From assembly GCA_963850905.1 (NCBI GenBank), contig CAWKMU010000003.1:640001-704000 (forward strand): a stretch of 64,000 bases of DNA, given 5' to 3'. The notes beneath the pieces were generated by a model. The model was not told the origin of the DNA and did not search any database. It saw only the letters and a list, made by a program, of their open reading frames with translations. Below, one piece after another: positions 9,287-20,400 of this stretch. The stretch's first letter is position 1. Each line of letters starts with the position of its first letter. The position numbers were made by a program, and so were the translations under genes. This stretch comes from an uncultured Gemmatimonadales bacterium. GTDB lineage: Bacteria > Gemmatimonadota > Gemmatimonadetes > Gemmatimonadales > Gemmatimonadaceae.

Positions 9287-10079
9287 GGGCAGTTCCCTGA
9301 CGAAGGTAGTCGTACGTGAAGACGGCGAGGGCTGCACCCACCAGCGGCGCAACCCAGTAGATCCAGTGGGCAGTCCAAATCCCGGTAGCGACCGCCGGAC
9401 CGAACGAACGCGCTGGGTTCATACTGGCGCCGGTCAGCGGTCCCGCAGCGAGCGCATCGGCTGCGACGATCGAACCAACGGCGAATCCACCAACTGCCCC
9501 GACGACTCGCGAATCGGTCGCGACCGCCATCACGACCAGCATTAGGATGAAGGTCAGCACGACCTCGGTGCCGGTGGCTGGCAGGACCGCGACGGCCGGC
9601 ACCGTGACTGCGCCGGCTGCCGCGGTGCCCAGGACAGCCTTGATACCCAAGCCGGCGACCGTCGCACCCGCGAGCTGCGCGCCGATGTACGGGAGGACAT
9701 TGGCCAGGGGGAACCGGCCGGCGAGCCAGAAGCCGGTGGTGACAGCCGGGTTGAGATGCGCGCCCGACACATGACCGACCGCGTACACAGCACCGAGGAT
9801 CACGGTGCCAAACGCGAGCGCGACGCCAACGTGAGACACGGCGCCCTTCGACCAGACGTCGACCGCCGCCGCACCCGCCCCGATGGCGACGAGCATGAAC
9901 GTCCCAACGGCTTCCGCCGCTACACGTGGCCCACGCGCACGCCGCACGCCGTCCTCGGCGACCGGCGCGCCGAGCGCGTTGAGCATGCGCGCACTTGCCG
10001 TCTTGACAGTAACCACGGCCGGATCATTGCCATCCCTTCGCTGCGCCAATGTCACCCGCCCCATCGCATAAAGTGTCAT
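9156..10079 (-). CDS. MIP family channel (AqpS-like, likely As(III) channel); 3' end runs 131 nt out of frame over arsC, start uncertain
   Basis: Two NPA boxes (SGAHLNPAVT, GASMNPARSFGP), WIYWVAPLVGA. Confidence 0.85.
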   Translation of the reverse strand: MTLYAMGRVTLAQRRDGNDPAVVTVKTASARMLNALGAPVAEDGVRRARGPRVAAEAVGTFMLVAIGAGAAAVDVWSKGAVSHVGVALAFGTVILGAVYAVGHVSGAHLNPAVTTGFWLAGRFPLANVLPYIGAQLAGATVAGLGIKAVLGTAAAGAVTVPAVAVLPATGTEVVLTFILMLVVMAVATDSRVVGAVGGFAVGSIVAADALAAGPLTGASMNPARSFGPAVATGIWTAHWIYWVAPLVGAALAVFTYDYLRQGTAHDHRIRGRANTPPPSAVSVHRQLGPEPDGRGSAQFQGEGTLPR

Positions 10080-10128
10080 TGATGCGTTAGGTCTGAGAGA
10101 GGCGCGCCGATTGTGCCGCGCGCCCCTT

Positions 10129-10452
10129 TCACTCGCAGCAGCGCGCCGCGAGTACCATTAATCGTGTCGACGGCAAACCACCCACGAATGCCTCGAGTTG
10201 GGCAAACGCGTCCGGATTGAGTGCGTAGTATGCCCACCGTCCCTCTCGGCGGTCCGTCACGAGTCCGGCGTCTTTCATCGTCTTCAGATGGAACGAGAGG
10301 AGCGACTGCCCGGTCTCGAGCGCATCCGTCAACTCACAGACGCACCGCTCGCCGCCGCGGAGCAGGTCCACAATCCGCAGCCGCGTCGGGTCAGCCAGCG
10401 CTCGAAACTGGCGTGTGATCGATGAGAGATTGGCCGTGCTTGCCGCAGGCAT
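10129..10452 (-). CDS. arsR: ArsR/SmtB family repressor
   Basis: FRALADPTRLRI, ERCVCEL metal-binding box, C-terminal CC. Confidence 0.92.
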   Translation of the reverse strand: MPAASTANLSSITRQFRALADPTRLRIVDLLRGGERCVCELTDALETGQSLLSFHLKTMKDAGLVTDRREGRWAYYALNPDAFAQLEAFVGGLPSTRLMVLAARCCE

Positions 10453-10465
10453 GTGGCAGCAACAT

Positions 10466-10500
10466 ATCAGTCGCCATTGAACCCATCAAGAGCGATTGAT
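10466..10500. promoter_or_regulatory. Two putative ArsR operator boxes (ATCAA-N6-TTGAT-like)
   Basis: ATCAG-TCGCCA-TTGAA at 10466-10481 and ATCAA-GAGCGA-TTGAT at 10485-10500, just upstream of arsR. Confidence 0.7.
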
Positions 10501-10515
10501 TTGTTGCGGCCAGGA

Positions 10516-10827
10516 TCAGGTCGTTGGCCTTTCCGATGGGGACCCGCCGATCCTGCCAGCCAGGTGGTCCTTTGCCGCCGCCCTGATCTCTTCGTCCGTC
10601 GCGGTCGTCAGCACGTCGAATGGCCGAAACGCGGACCAGACTCCGTTCTCTCCGATCCTCACCTTATAGTGCCAGGTGCACATCCCGCCGTTCTCCGCGG
10701 TGCTCTCGTCGCCGCCGTCGGCATCGCTCGACGCGGCATGGTCAACTTGCGCAATGATGAAGCGGCGTCGGAGGCCCGTGCGACGATGCGTCTGGCCAAA
10801 CCGAATGGTTCGTTGAGGCTCGAGCAT
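10516..10827 (-). CDS. Small hypothetical protein
   Basis: AAGGAG RBS before ATG at 10827; 103 aa. Confidence 0.5.
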   Translation of the reverse strand: MLEPQRTIRFGQTHRRTGLRRRFIIAQVDHAASSDADGGDESTAENGGMCTWHYKVRIGENGVWSAFRPFDVLTTATDEEIRAAAKDHLAGRIGGSPSERPTT

Positions 10828-11131
10828 GTGGTCTCCTTGATCGATGAGTTGAGCGACCGCACTTTCGGTGCAACCCGCGTGCAAGGTGATGACGTCCAGC
10901 TGCCGTTCGGGTCGACTCTCAGGTCGACTGACACTTCCCGCCCGCTCGTTTTGCGGGTTGGTTGGCGTACGCCCGTCTCACGCGGTCACTCGCAGCACGA
11001 GCCCTACCACCACGGACGCAGCAGCGGGTTCGCAGACCCGCTCGTTTGGGAACATTAAAAGATACTCGATGGACCACGCGCCCGTGGGCCCCCTTTTAGA
11101 GGCCCCGGAGCCTCAGATTCTTGTTCCAAAG

Positions 11132-11192
11132 GTCTAACGTCCAGCTCCAGGCTCCAGCATCCAACGTCCAACGTCTAACGTCCAACGTCTAG
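11132..11192. repeat. Heptamer tandem repeat (TCCAACG/TCTAACG), single arm
   Basis: Degenerate 7-bp periodicity, same class as 48635-48701. Confidence 0.75.
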
Positions 11193-11253
11193 CCCCCAAA
11201 TTGGAGTCCGAATTCGGCGAGCCTGGACAAGGGGCGGCAAGGACATTTCCCGG

Positions 11254-12667
11254 GTGTCCGCGCCGCAACATTTGCCGAGTGCCGACGTCTGCCAGCGCGC
11301 GATGGCCGCACGAGATCCGCGCTTCGACGGCATTTTTTACGTCGGGATCACGTCGACGGGCGTGTACTGCCGACCGGTGTGTCCATCGCGGTTCGCCACG
11401 CCGGATCGGCGCCGATTCTTCGCATCTGCCGCGTCCGCCGAGCACGCCGGGTTTCGACCGTGTCTCCGGTGCCGACCGGAGCTGGCACCGGGTAGGGCGC
11501 AAATGGACGCGCTGCCGCGCCTCGCCGCGGCGGCCGCCGACCGCATCGCCGCGGGTGCCCTGAACGGGCGAAGCGTTGCGAAGCTCGCGGCGGAGCTCGG
11601 CGTGAGCGAGCGGCACCTCCGGCGTGCAGTCGAACGCGCAATCGGCGTCTCGCCCATCGGCCTGGCGCAAACGTGCCGGTTGCTGCTCGCCAAGCAGCTG
11701 CTGGTCGACACGTCACTGCCAGTGACACAGATCGCGTTCGCGAGCGGCTTTCAGAGCCTGCGGCGTTTTAACGGCGTTTTTCGTGACCGCTATCGACTGA
11801 GTCCGACGGCGCTGCGACGCGGCGGCGACACACCCATGCCGGCTCGAGACTCCAGTGATCTCGTTCGTCTCACACTCGCCTACCGCGCGCCGCTGGCCTG
11901 GGACGCCCTGATCGGACTCCTCGACGCGTGTTCACTCCCTGGCGCAGAAATCGTCGGCGACGGACGATTCGCCCGCACCGTTCGCCTCGAGAAGCGGAGT
12001 GGCCTCGTGTTCGTAGAGAACGCGTGCGGGTCGAAGCCGCACCTCAACGTCGACATCTCGCCGTCACTCCTGCCAGCGCTCATGCCGCTCCTCGCACGAC
12101 TGAGACGGCTGTTCGACCTCGACGCCGAGCCGAAAGTGGTCGATGCGCACCTCTCGCAAAACGGTTTGGCGGAATCAGTCGCTCGGCAGCCGGGCCTCCG
12201 CGCACCTGGAGCATTCGACGGCTTCGAGGTCGCGCTCGCGCTCCTGCTGCGTACTGGTCCGAATGGTCTCGCGCAACGGGTGGTCGAAGATCTCGGCGAG
12301 CCATTCGCCACAAACACACCTGGCCTCACACATCTCGCGCCACGCGCCAGAGCCGTCGTGCGCGCGGGGGCCGCACGCCTGCGCGCACTCGGCGCGCCGC
12401 CATTGCTCGCCGCGTCGGTCGAAGGCGTGGCGCGAGCGGTCGTGGACGTAGCGCTCCGACTCGAGCCCGGCGCCGACGTGAGCGCTGCGCGATGCACGCT
12501 GATGACGATCCCCGGAATCGACGACGGGCTTGCGAGGACCATCGTCATGCGCGCGCTGCACTGGCCCGATGCGTTTCCGTCGTCGGATGGCAGCGTGCAC
12601 CACGCGCAAGCTGAGCTGTGGCGGCCATGGCGTGCATATGCGGCACTCCATTCTTTTGGGAATTTGA
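11254..12667 (+). CDS. Ada Zn-finger/AraC-AlkA fusion (bifunctional-type regulator/glycosylase); apparent 1-nt insertion near the 3' end
   Basis: YCRPVCP and RPCLRCRP Ada cysteines, AraC IAFASGFQSLRRFN, AlkA RLRRLFDLDAEP and WRPWRAYAALH; removing one T at 12651-12652 gives ...HLLGI-stop at 12667. Confidence 0.85.
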
Positions 12668-12740
12668 AGTCCGAATCCGACAAGCACTCGGTGCGACGCC
12701 TCATCATGATGCCGCGTCCCGCATTCTCATGGAGGGGTGC

Positions 12741-13958
12741 ATGCGCCGAACGTCGTTGGTGCTCCTGGCCGCCGTACTCGCGGGTTGTGGCCGCGGAGCA
12801 GAGATCACGCAGCCGGCCGCCGCCGGCGGCGGCACGTTGCAAGAGCGAGCGGCCGATGAATCGATGGGCCCGGACCGATACGACATCATCACACTGCCTG
12901 TCCTGAGCGGCACGCAGGCCGCCGGGGACGCTATCAATGAGCACGGCGTAATCGGGGGATACGCCACCCTCGCCGGCAACGCGGTGCAACACGCGACGCT
13001 GTGGTACGACGGAGCCACCCAGGATCTCGGCACGCTCGGCGGACCGAATAGCGGCATTCTGTGGCCCGGGCTGAACGACGCTGGCCTGGCCGCTGGCGTC
13101 GCCGAAACCGCGGAGTTGCAGCCGCTGGGAGAGAGCTGGAGTTGCGCGGCATTTTTCCCGGGGGCGCCAACCGGTCACGTATGTCGTGGCTTCGCATGGA
13201 GCGATGGACGTATGACGCCGATGCCCACACTGGGTGGCGACAACAGCTTCGCTACCGGAGTGAACAACTGGGGCCATGTCGTGGGCTGGGCAGAGACACC
13301 CGTGCACGACCCCACCTGCGCATCGCCTCAGACGCTGCAGTTCCGCGCGGTCTCATGGGATCCTGAGAGCGGGTGGGTCCACCAGCTCCGCCCCCTGTCT
13401 GGCGATTCGGCCTCGGCCGCGACCGCGATCAACGACCGGGACCAAGTCGTCGGCATCTCTGGCCGCTGTGACATCGCCGTCGGCCGCTTCAGCGCGCGTC
13501 GCGCCGTCATGTGGGATCAGGGACGCGTGATCGACATCGGCGGTCTTGGTGGGATAGCGTGGAACACGGCGATGGCACTCAACAACGACGGCGTCGTCGT
13601 TGGATTTGCCGACATGACCGGCGACGCGAGCGGGGCGCCAAATTTCCACGCCTTCATCTGGACGCAGGAAGCGGGCATCAAGGATCTCAACACCCTCCCG
13701 GGCGATATCCTGTCCGAAGCGCTCGACATCAACAGCCGGGGCCAGGTGGTCGGCATCTCGATCGGCGCGAGCGGGACGCGTGCGTTCATCTGGCAGCAGG
13801 GAAAGATGACGGACCTACAGACGCTGATGCCGGCCGGATATCCCAATCTCCTCGAGAGCGCGCAAGGCATCAACGATGCAGGTCAGATCACTGGGTACCT
13901 GACGGTGCCGAGCACCGGTCAACAACTGACCTTCGTGGCGACTCCGCTTCGAAAATAG
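12741..13958 (+). CDS. Lipoprotein with HAF-type extracellular repeats
   Basis: GGAGG RBS, lipobox LAGC, repeated DLGTLGG..S.A..IN..G.VVG units, HAFIW. Confidence 0.88.
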   Translation: MRRTSLVLLAAVLAGCGRGAEITQPAAAGGGTLQERAADESMGPDRYDIITLPVLSGTQAAGDAINEHGVIGGYATLAGNAVQHATLWYDGATQDLGTLGGPNSGILWPGLNDAGLAAGVAETAELQPLGESWSCAAFFPGAPTGHVCRGFAWSDGRMTPMPTLGGDNSFATGVNNWGHVVGWAETPVHDPTCASPQTLQFRAVSWDPESGWVHQLRPLSGDSASAATAINDRDQVVGISGRCDIAVGRFSARRAVMWDQGRVIDIGGLGGIAWNTAMALNNDGVVVGFADMTGDASGAPNFHAFIWTQEAGIKDLNTLPGDILSEALDINSRGQVVGISIGASGTRAFIWQQGKMTDLQTLMPAGYPNLLESAQGINDAGQITGYLTVPSTGQQLTFVATPLRK

Positions 13959-13971
13959 GAAATCACGACCC

Positions 13972-14012
13972 CAAGCCTACTGAGTTCGGGAGCACCGAGC
14001 TCAGTGGGCTTG
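13972..14012 (+). terminator. Terminator-like hairpin after the HAF gene
   Basis: 18-bp stem CAAGCCTACTGAGTTCGG/CCGAGCTCAGTGGGCTTG; its two mismatches are G-U pairs on the + transcript. Confidence 0.55.
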
Positions 14013-14119
14013 TCGTGAATTTTGGGAAATGATGGCGCGTGCAATGTCTCCGGCCTGCCACTTCCCGCACAGGCTCCCATGCAACTTGCGACATTGCAGG
14101 CTCGGTGTATTGTCGTGGC

Positions 14120-14707
14120 ATGCCACACTCAACAACCCGACGGCATCGACGCACCCGGATCGCCCTCGCGACAATTGGCCTGTTGGTTGCCAGCTCCCCG
14201 CGGTTCCTATCAGCTCAGACGGCTGAAGGCTCTGATACGATGCCTCCCCCAGCGCGCCCGGAGGACGTGAAATCGGTGGATGCGATCATGAACGCGGCGT
14301 ACGAGGCCAACTCAGGCCCCGCGGGACCTCACGACAATCGGCGCCTTCGCTCGCTCTTCGTGCCCGGGGCGCGTCTCATCCCGACAGGGTTGCCAGATTC
14401 CGCCGGTCGTGTCCATCTCGAGGTTCTCTCAGTGCCGGAGTACGCGCGAGAGAGCACCAAATACATGTTGACTCACGCGAACTGGGAATGGGAGATCGGC
14501 CGCACGGTTCAAACCTTTGGTGCCGTGACCCAGGTCTTCAGCGCGTACGCATCTGGTCGGAAAATGCACGACCCTCAGCCGGTTGAGCGTGGCATGAACA
14601 GTTTCCAGCTGTTCTACGATGGGACGCGCTGGTACATCGTGACGATCTACTGGGCCGAGGAGCACGGTGATGTGAAGCTCTCCGCGCAATACTTGAACGA
14701 GAAATAA
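14120..14707 (+). CDS. Secreted NTF2-like hypothetical protein
   Basis: Signal-like N-terminus; DVKSVDAI..AAYEANSGPAG, RGMNSFQLFYDGTRWYIVTIYW. Confidence 0.75.
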   Translation: MPHSTTRRHRRTRIALATIGLLVASSPRFLSAQTAEGSDTMPPPARPEDVKSVDAIMNAAYEANSGPAGPHDNRRLRSLFVPGARLIPTGLPDSAGRVHLEVLSVPEYARESTKYMLTHANWEWEIGRTVQTFGAVTQVFSAYASGRKMHDPQPVERGMNSFQLFYDGTRWYIVTIYWAEEHGDVKLSAQYLNEK

Positions 14708-14815
14708 AGCAGGGCGGCGGACAGCCTCCGACAAACGCCGACCGAAGTCGTCGAAGTGCAACGCTCTGGCACCGATGACAGCCACGTTGCGGAGCCCGAC
14801 GACCGCCCACCCAGG

Positions 14816-15226
14816 CTAAGGGCGGTATTCAGCCCTGACGCTAGCGCGCATCAGATAAAACAGGATTGCTCCGGCGACCACCACACCGATCGCGCCCTCT
14901 ACGACGTGGCCTACGATCAACTGCCCGGCATCACTAAGGCCATTCACCGCGAAGATCGTCACGGCGAGCCGCCAGCCCCACCTCCGCTGCAGGAAGCACC
15001 CGACGCTTGCCGCAGCCATCACGACGGCAAGCCCCAGAAATCCAGGCCCTAGGGATGCGTGATAGGGCATGAGAATGCCGCGCCGTGGTGGGTACGCGAG
15101 CCATATCACCTCCATTACCGATCCCGGGAATAGAAGCGCTAATCCAACGGCAACGAGAATAACACTGGCCACGGCAAGGAACGTGGCGACTAGCAAGACA
15201 CCCCACGACGTTGCCCTTGCGCTCAT
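14816..15226 (-). CDS. Hypothetical membrane protein (4 TM)
   Basis: Hydrophobic 136-aa ORF, RWGWRLAV.IFAVNG. Confidence 0.7.
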   Translation of the reverse strand: MSARATSWGVLLVATFLAVASVILVAVGLALLFPGSVMEVIWLAYPPRRGILMPYHASLGPGFLGLAVVMAAASVGCFLQRRWGWRLAVTIFAVNGLSDAGQLIVGHVVEGAIGVVVAGAILFYLMRASVRAEYRP

Positions 15227-15385
15227 GGCTCCCGATGACACGTGCGAGTCTCGCATACCGCTGCCAGCGCATTTGGATCGAGGGTGTCGCCTGCACTGCG
15301 CCGAACGCTAGCAGTTCTGATACAAGTCGCGCCGCCTGTGAGGCGGCGCTGACGGCAAAACGTGATCGAGTATCGGCTTAGAGAG

Positions 15386-15457
15386 AGGCGCGGGCCGGAA
15401 TCGAACCGGCGAATAGCGGTTTTGCAGACCGCTGCCTTACCACTTGGCTACCGCGCC
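15386..15457 (-). tRNA. tRNA-Cys (anticodon GCA), CCA not encoded
   Basis: Reverse complement GGCGCGGTAGCCAAGTGGTAAGGCAGCGGTCTGCAAAACCGCTATTCGCCGGTTCGATTCCGGCCCGCGCCT folds as a cloverleaf; U discriminator. Confidence 0.96.
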
Positions 15458-15606
15458 GACAACGTTGAAGCGGAACAACTTACTAAGTTCGTGTCCTCAC
15501 GAGTTATGGTCCAGGGTGCCAAACAGGGTGCCAAATCTAGAAACGGGCTGGCGACGTGCTGTGCGCGCCGACACAAACATAACCAACTCTACGGACCTGT
15601 CGCCGA

Positions 15607-15949
15607 ATGCGGTTCCTTGAGCGCAACGAGATCTGGGAATGGTGTGTCGACCACGAACTAGCGCCTGACGCAGGGCCCGGAGTTCTGGAGCGGATTAGAC
15701 AACACGTACCGTCGCGGCGCGAGCGCCTGGCGTTCGATCCGGGAAAAACGGTCAATCGATGTCGCACCGGCTCAAAGCTTCGCTGCCTCGGAGCGCGATG
15801 CGCTCATTGACCTCGTTGCCATGGTGCTCCAGAACGGCTGGGATGCTTTCGTTCTGCTGCCGACCGCCGGATCGCCGAGGCGCGTCCGTCTCCAGCTTTC
15901 GCACGACGGGTGGGCAGAAGTCCAGGGTATGCCGGCGGACCCGCGCTGA
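15607..15949 (+). pseudogene. Hypothetical protein gene with frame break, probably an internal deletion
   Basis: MRFLERNEIWEWC...AFDPGK then, in another frame, RSIDVAPAQ...NGWDAFVL...SHDGWAEV-stop. Confidence 0.55.
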
Positions 15950-16119
15950 CTCTCCCCGAACAGGGCGAATGAAGTCGGAGGCCCCGCGAATGGCCAATGG
16001 TGCCCTAGGATGGTGACCCCTGCCTCGTTTTTGATACTTCGCGAAATGTCCAAAGTGCCTTTTTGCTGAGCCGCACCGGTACCGTCAGAAAGACTTACCA
16101 GGAGCGCAGGGACAAAGAA

Positions 16120-16575
16120 CTACTTCACCGTACTCCAATCGACCCAAGCGGGAATCGTTGCGTCGCCCACGCGGCTTTCAAAGTGGATGGGCAGTGCCAT
16201 GCGAGGAATAGCCACAACAGCCGGGAAAGAGATCGCGTCGAGGAAGACCTTCTTTGACCCGAGCAAGCTATCTGGACCGAGGACGATGACGAGGTAACCG
16301 CCTCGAAGTTCGGCGCGGTTGAACCCGGGGTCCGTTTCGGCATCCACGCCTCCATAGCTGATGACGACGAGCATCTCGCGCTTCCAGTCCACAGCGGAGG
16401 AGTCGCTTGCGGCAGATGGACCTTTGAGCAGAGGATGGGCGCGCCGGAGGTTGTCCCAGACAATAGAGTCACGGATCACACCTACGCCCTGTGAGATGTT
16501 CACGGATTCGAGGTATCCGATTACTCTCTTGGACACGGGCAATCGCCTCTTCAAGCAGCGACACAAGTTCGCCAC
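16120..16575 (-). CDS. Hypothetical protein, probably lacking its true N-terminus
   Basis: Protein-like core VDWKREMLVVISYG...AVVAIPR; lower GC; no convincing start. Confidence 0.4.
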   Translation of the reverse strand: MANLCRCLKRRLPVSKRVIGYLESVNISQGVGVIRDSIVWDNLRRAHPLLKGPSAASDSSAVDWKREMLVVISYGGVDAETDPGFNRAELRGGYLVIVLGPDSLLGSKKVFLDAISFPAVVAIPRMALPIHFESRVGDATIPAWVDWSTVK

Positions 16576-17072
16576 AGAGGCTGAATACCTGCGCGTGGTT
16601 GGTGCGAGTGGCGCGTCTGAACTCGTCCTCGGCCACCGGGTGCCGCGTCTGTGGCGTCATCGCGTCCGGTTCACCTTCGATCTGCTGATCCGATGTCATA
16701 GGTAAAGGCGATGTGCCGCATCTGGCGCGCGACCGATAACCAGCAGGGACGCGCGATGCTGGCGAGAATCCATGGGCCACGCCGTGGGCCACTCTTGCGC
16801 CAACGCAGTGCAGGAAAGTGCAACGGCCCGTTGGGGCGCGCCATGCTTGCCGCACCGGCTAGGGGCGACGCCATGCATCGCCCGTGGCCTGGGTCGGGGT
16901 AACCGGCGTCGCACATCCGGCCGGCCGGGATTCTCTCACCAACGTACGAACGCTCGCCCCGCTCCTGCTCCCCGACACGTCGGCACCGTCACCACCATCG
17001 TGGCGGGAACCGACGCGGCGGCGGCAAAGACTCATGACCTCGCGCCGCTTTCTTTGCTAGCTTGAACTCGCG

Positions 17073-17450
17073 ATGCGAAACTGCACGGTCCTCCTACAGC
17101 GTGCGCTGGCGCGTGATCTCGCCACCTCGAGAGACGCGCAGGCGGAGGCCGTGCGCTACACGGCGCTCGTGAAGAAGGATTACGCCACTCAAGAGGAAGC
17201 CGACCAGTACATTGCGCAGGCGGGATCGAGTGCGGTCGCGACCAAGGCCGACAGCGCAGTCCTGGAACAAGCCCGGATCAACCTGCAGTGCACCACGATC
17301 GCCGCGCCGATTAGCGGGCGGACAGGGCCGCCGGTCGGCACCGGCCACAGGGGCCGGCGGAGCATGGGGACCGGCTCCGGGGCAGCAACGGCCACCGCCG
17401 CGGAGCCGGGGAGTGTTGCAGCCCCTGGCGCGTCGAGTGGCTCGGGATGA
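17073..17450 (+). pseudogene. RND membrane-fusion protein (MdtA-like) remnant
   Basis: Only the helical hairpin and TTIAAPISGRTG half-lipoyl motif plus the C-tail remain; ATGA overlap with the permease. Confidence 0.8.
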
Positions 17451-20400
17451 ACGTCCCCAGTCTCTTCATCCGGCGTCCGGTCATGACGACGCTCGTCATG
17501 CTGGGCGTCCTGGTCTTTGGGACGATCGCGTACACGAAGTTGCCCGTGAGCGATCTGCCCACAGTCGACTACCCCACGATCAACGTCCGCGCGACGCTGC
17601 CCGGGGCGAGTCCGGAGACGATGGCGGCGGCCGTCGCGACGCCGCTCGAGAAGCAGTTCTCGACGATCGCGGGCATCGACAACATGACCTCGTCCAGTAT
17701 CCTGGGGTCCACGTCGATCACCGTCCAGTTCAACATTGATCGCGACATCAACGCGGCGGCTCAGGACATCGAGGCAGGGATCTCGCAGGCGCTGGTCAAC
17801 CTGCCGACTGGGATCATCCCGCCGTCGTTCTTCCGTCAGAATCCGGCGGCTGCGCCGGTGCTGTTCATGGTGTTGACGTCCAACGTCGAGCCGCTGTCGG
17901 TGGTCGACGAAGTCGGCGAGACCACCATCGCGCAACGCATCTCCATGGTCGATGGGGTGTCGGAGGTCAGCGTCTGGGGGCAGCAGAAGTATGCAGTGCG
18001 CATCGGGCTGAACCCGCAGGCGTTGGCGGCGCGCGGGATCGGCGTCGACCAGGTTACCGCGGCCGTGAACGCGCAGAACGTCAACCTGCCGACCGGCGTC
18101 ATGTGGGGGGCCAATCAGGCCATCACGGTCCAGGCCACGGGCAACCTCTACAACGCCGCCCAGTTCCAGAAGGTCATCGTCGCCTATCGCAATAGCGCGC
18201 CCGTGTACCTGCGCGACGTGGCGAGCGTGACGGACGACGTGCAGAACAACCGGACGATCTCCTGGTACAACAACCAGCTTGGCATCATGCTGGCGGTCAT
18301 GCGCCAGCCTGGGACGAACACCGTCGAGGTGACGCGCGACGTGCAGAACGTCCTCGATGAGATCCGCGGCCAGATCCCGCCCGACATCAGTCTGATCGTG
18401 GTCGAGGACCGCGCGGACTATATAGAGCGCGGCGTGCACGACGTGAAGTTCGCGTTCGTCGTCGCGCTGGTGCTGGTGGTACTGGTCATCTTCGTCTTTC
18501 TGCGCAACGTGTCGGCGACGATCATCCCGAGCCTCGCCCTGCCGATGTCCATTATCGGCACCTTCTCGGTGATGTACCTGCTCCGCTACAGCATCGACAA
18601 TCTCTCCCTCATGGCGCTCACCCTCGCCGTGGGCTTCGTCGTCGATGATGCCATCGTCGTGCTCGAGAACATCGTCCGCCACATGGAGATGGGCAAGCCG
18701 CGCATGCAGGCGGCCCTCGATGGCGCCGCCGAGGTGGGTTCCACCATCGTCACCATGACGACCTCGCTCTCGGCCGTCTTCATCCCGATCATGTTCATGG
18801 GCGGGATCCTCGGGATGCTCTTCCACGAGTTTGGCGTCACGATCGCCGTGGCGATCCTGGTCTCCGGCTGCATCTCGCTGACGCTGACGCCGATGCTGTG
18901 CAGCCGCTTCCTGAGTCCGGTGAAGTCGGCCGAGCGCGGGCGGCTCTACCGGTGGTCGGAGAACGCGTTCAACGCCGCACTGCACACCTACGAGCGGAGC
19001 CTCGTCTGGATCATGCGCCGCCGGCCCCTCACGCTCGGGCTTTCCGCGCTCACGCTCGTCATCATGGTCGTGCTTTTCAGCATCATCCCGAAGGGATTTC
19101 TGCCGAGCGACGACACGGGGTGGCTCATAGTGACGACCGAAGGGGCCGAGGGGATCTCCTACGACGCCATCGTGCCGCTCCAGCAGAAAGTTGATGCCAT
19201 CCTGCTCAAGGACCCGAACATCCAGGCGATCCTGCCCTCGGTCGGCTCGCAGGGCTCGGCCAACCAGGGTCGCGTCTTCGCCTTCCTGAAGCCACTCGGG
19301 AAGGGACCACACGATCGGCGTGTGAGCACTGACGCAGCCGTCGCAGAGCTTATGCGCACGACCAATACGGTCCCGGGGATCACGACGTTCATCCAGCCCG
19401 AGCCGCTGATCCGGATCGGCGGGCGCATGTCGAAGAGCCTTTACCAATTCACGCTGTACGGACCGGACCTAGGCGCGCTAGACCAGGCGGCTCTGGCCAT
19501 GCAGGCGCGATTGCAGCACATGCATCAGCTGGTGGGAGTGACCACCGACCTCCAGATTAAAAACCCAACAGTAACCGTCCTCATCGACCGCGACCGTGCT
19601 TCGGCGTTGGGGATCACGGCGAGCCAGCTCGAGCACACCCTGTACGATGCGTACGGGTCGCGCCAGGTGTCGACTATCTACACGCCGACCAACGAATACT
19701 GGGTCGTGATGGAGTCGATGCCGCAGTACGAGCGCGATGAAGCCGACTTGAACCAGCTCTACATTCGCGCGCCGGCTACCGGCAACATCGTCCCGCTCTC
19801 GACGATCGCACGGCTCCAGCGCACCGTGGGCCCACTGAGCATCAACCACTCGGGGCAGCTGCCGTCGGTCACTATCTCGTTCAACGTGGCACCCAACGTG
19901 GCACTGAGCGAGGCGGTGGGGCTGGTGCAGGACCAAGCCCGGCAGGTCCTCAGCCCGACGATCAGCGCGGCCTTCGGCGGCACGGCCGGAGCGTTCCAGT
20001 CCTCACAGGAGGGCCTCATCATCCTGCTCGCGCTCTCGATATTCGTGATTTACGTCGTGCTCGGGATCCTGTACGAGAGCTTCATTCATCCCATTACGAT
20101 CCTCTCGGGCATTCCCTTCGCCGCCGTCGGCGCGCTCATCGCGCTCCTGGTCACGCACAACGAGCTCAACATCTACGGGTTCGTCGGGATGATCATGCTG
20201 ATCGGCATCGTGAAGAAGAACGCGATCCTGATGATCGACTTCGCGATCGCGACAGAGCGCAGCACGCAAAAGTCGGCGGCCGAGTCCATCATCGAGGCCG
20301 CCAGCATCCGCTTCCGGCCCATCATGATGACCACGGCCGCGGCGATCATGGGCAGCTTGCCGATCGCCATCGGGGTGGGGGCGACCGGCGCCTCGCGTCA

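Noticed and set aside
12668..12906. C-terminal extension of Ada-AlkA to 550 aa
   Set aside because: Overlaps the HAF gene start and RBS; a single-base correction gives a normal stop at 12667
17189..19447. 752-aa minus-strand ORF and similar long antisense ORFs (28117-29472, 11880-13307, 53408-54616, 60912-62105)
   Set aside because: Shadow frames of well-supported high-GC genes; no recognisable motifs
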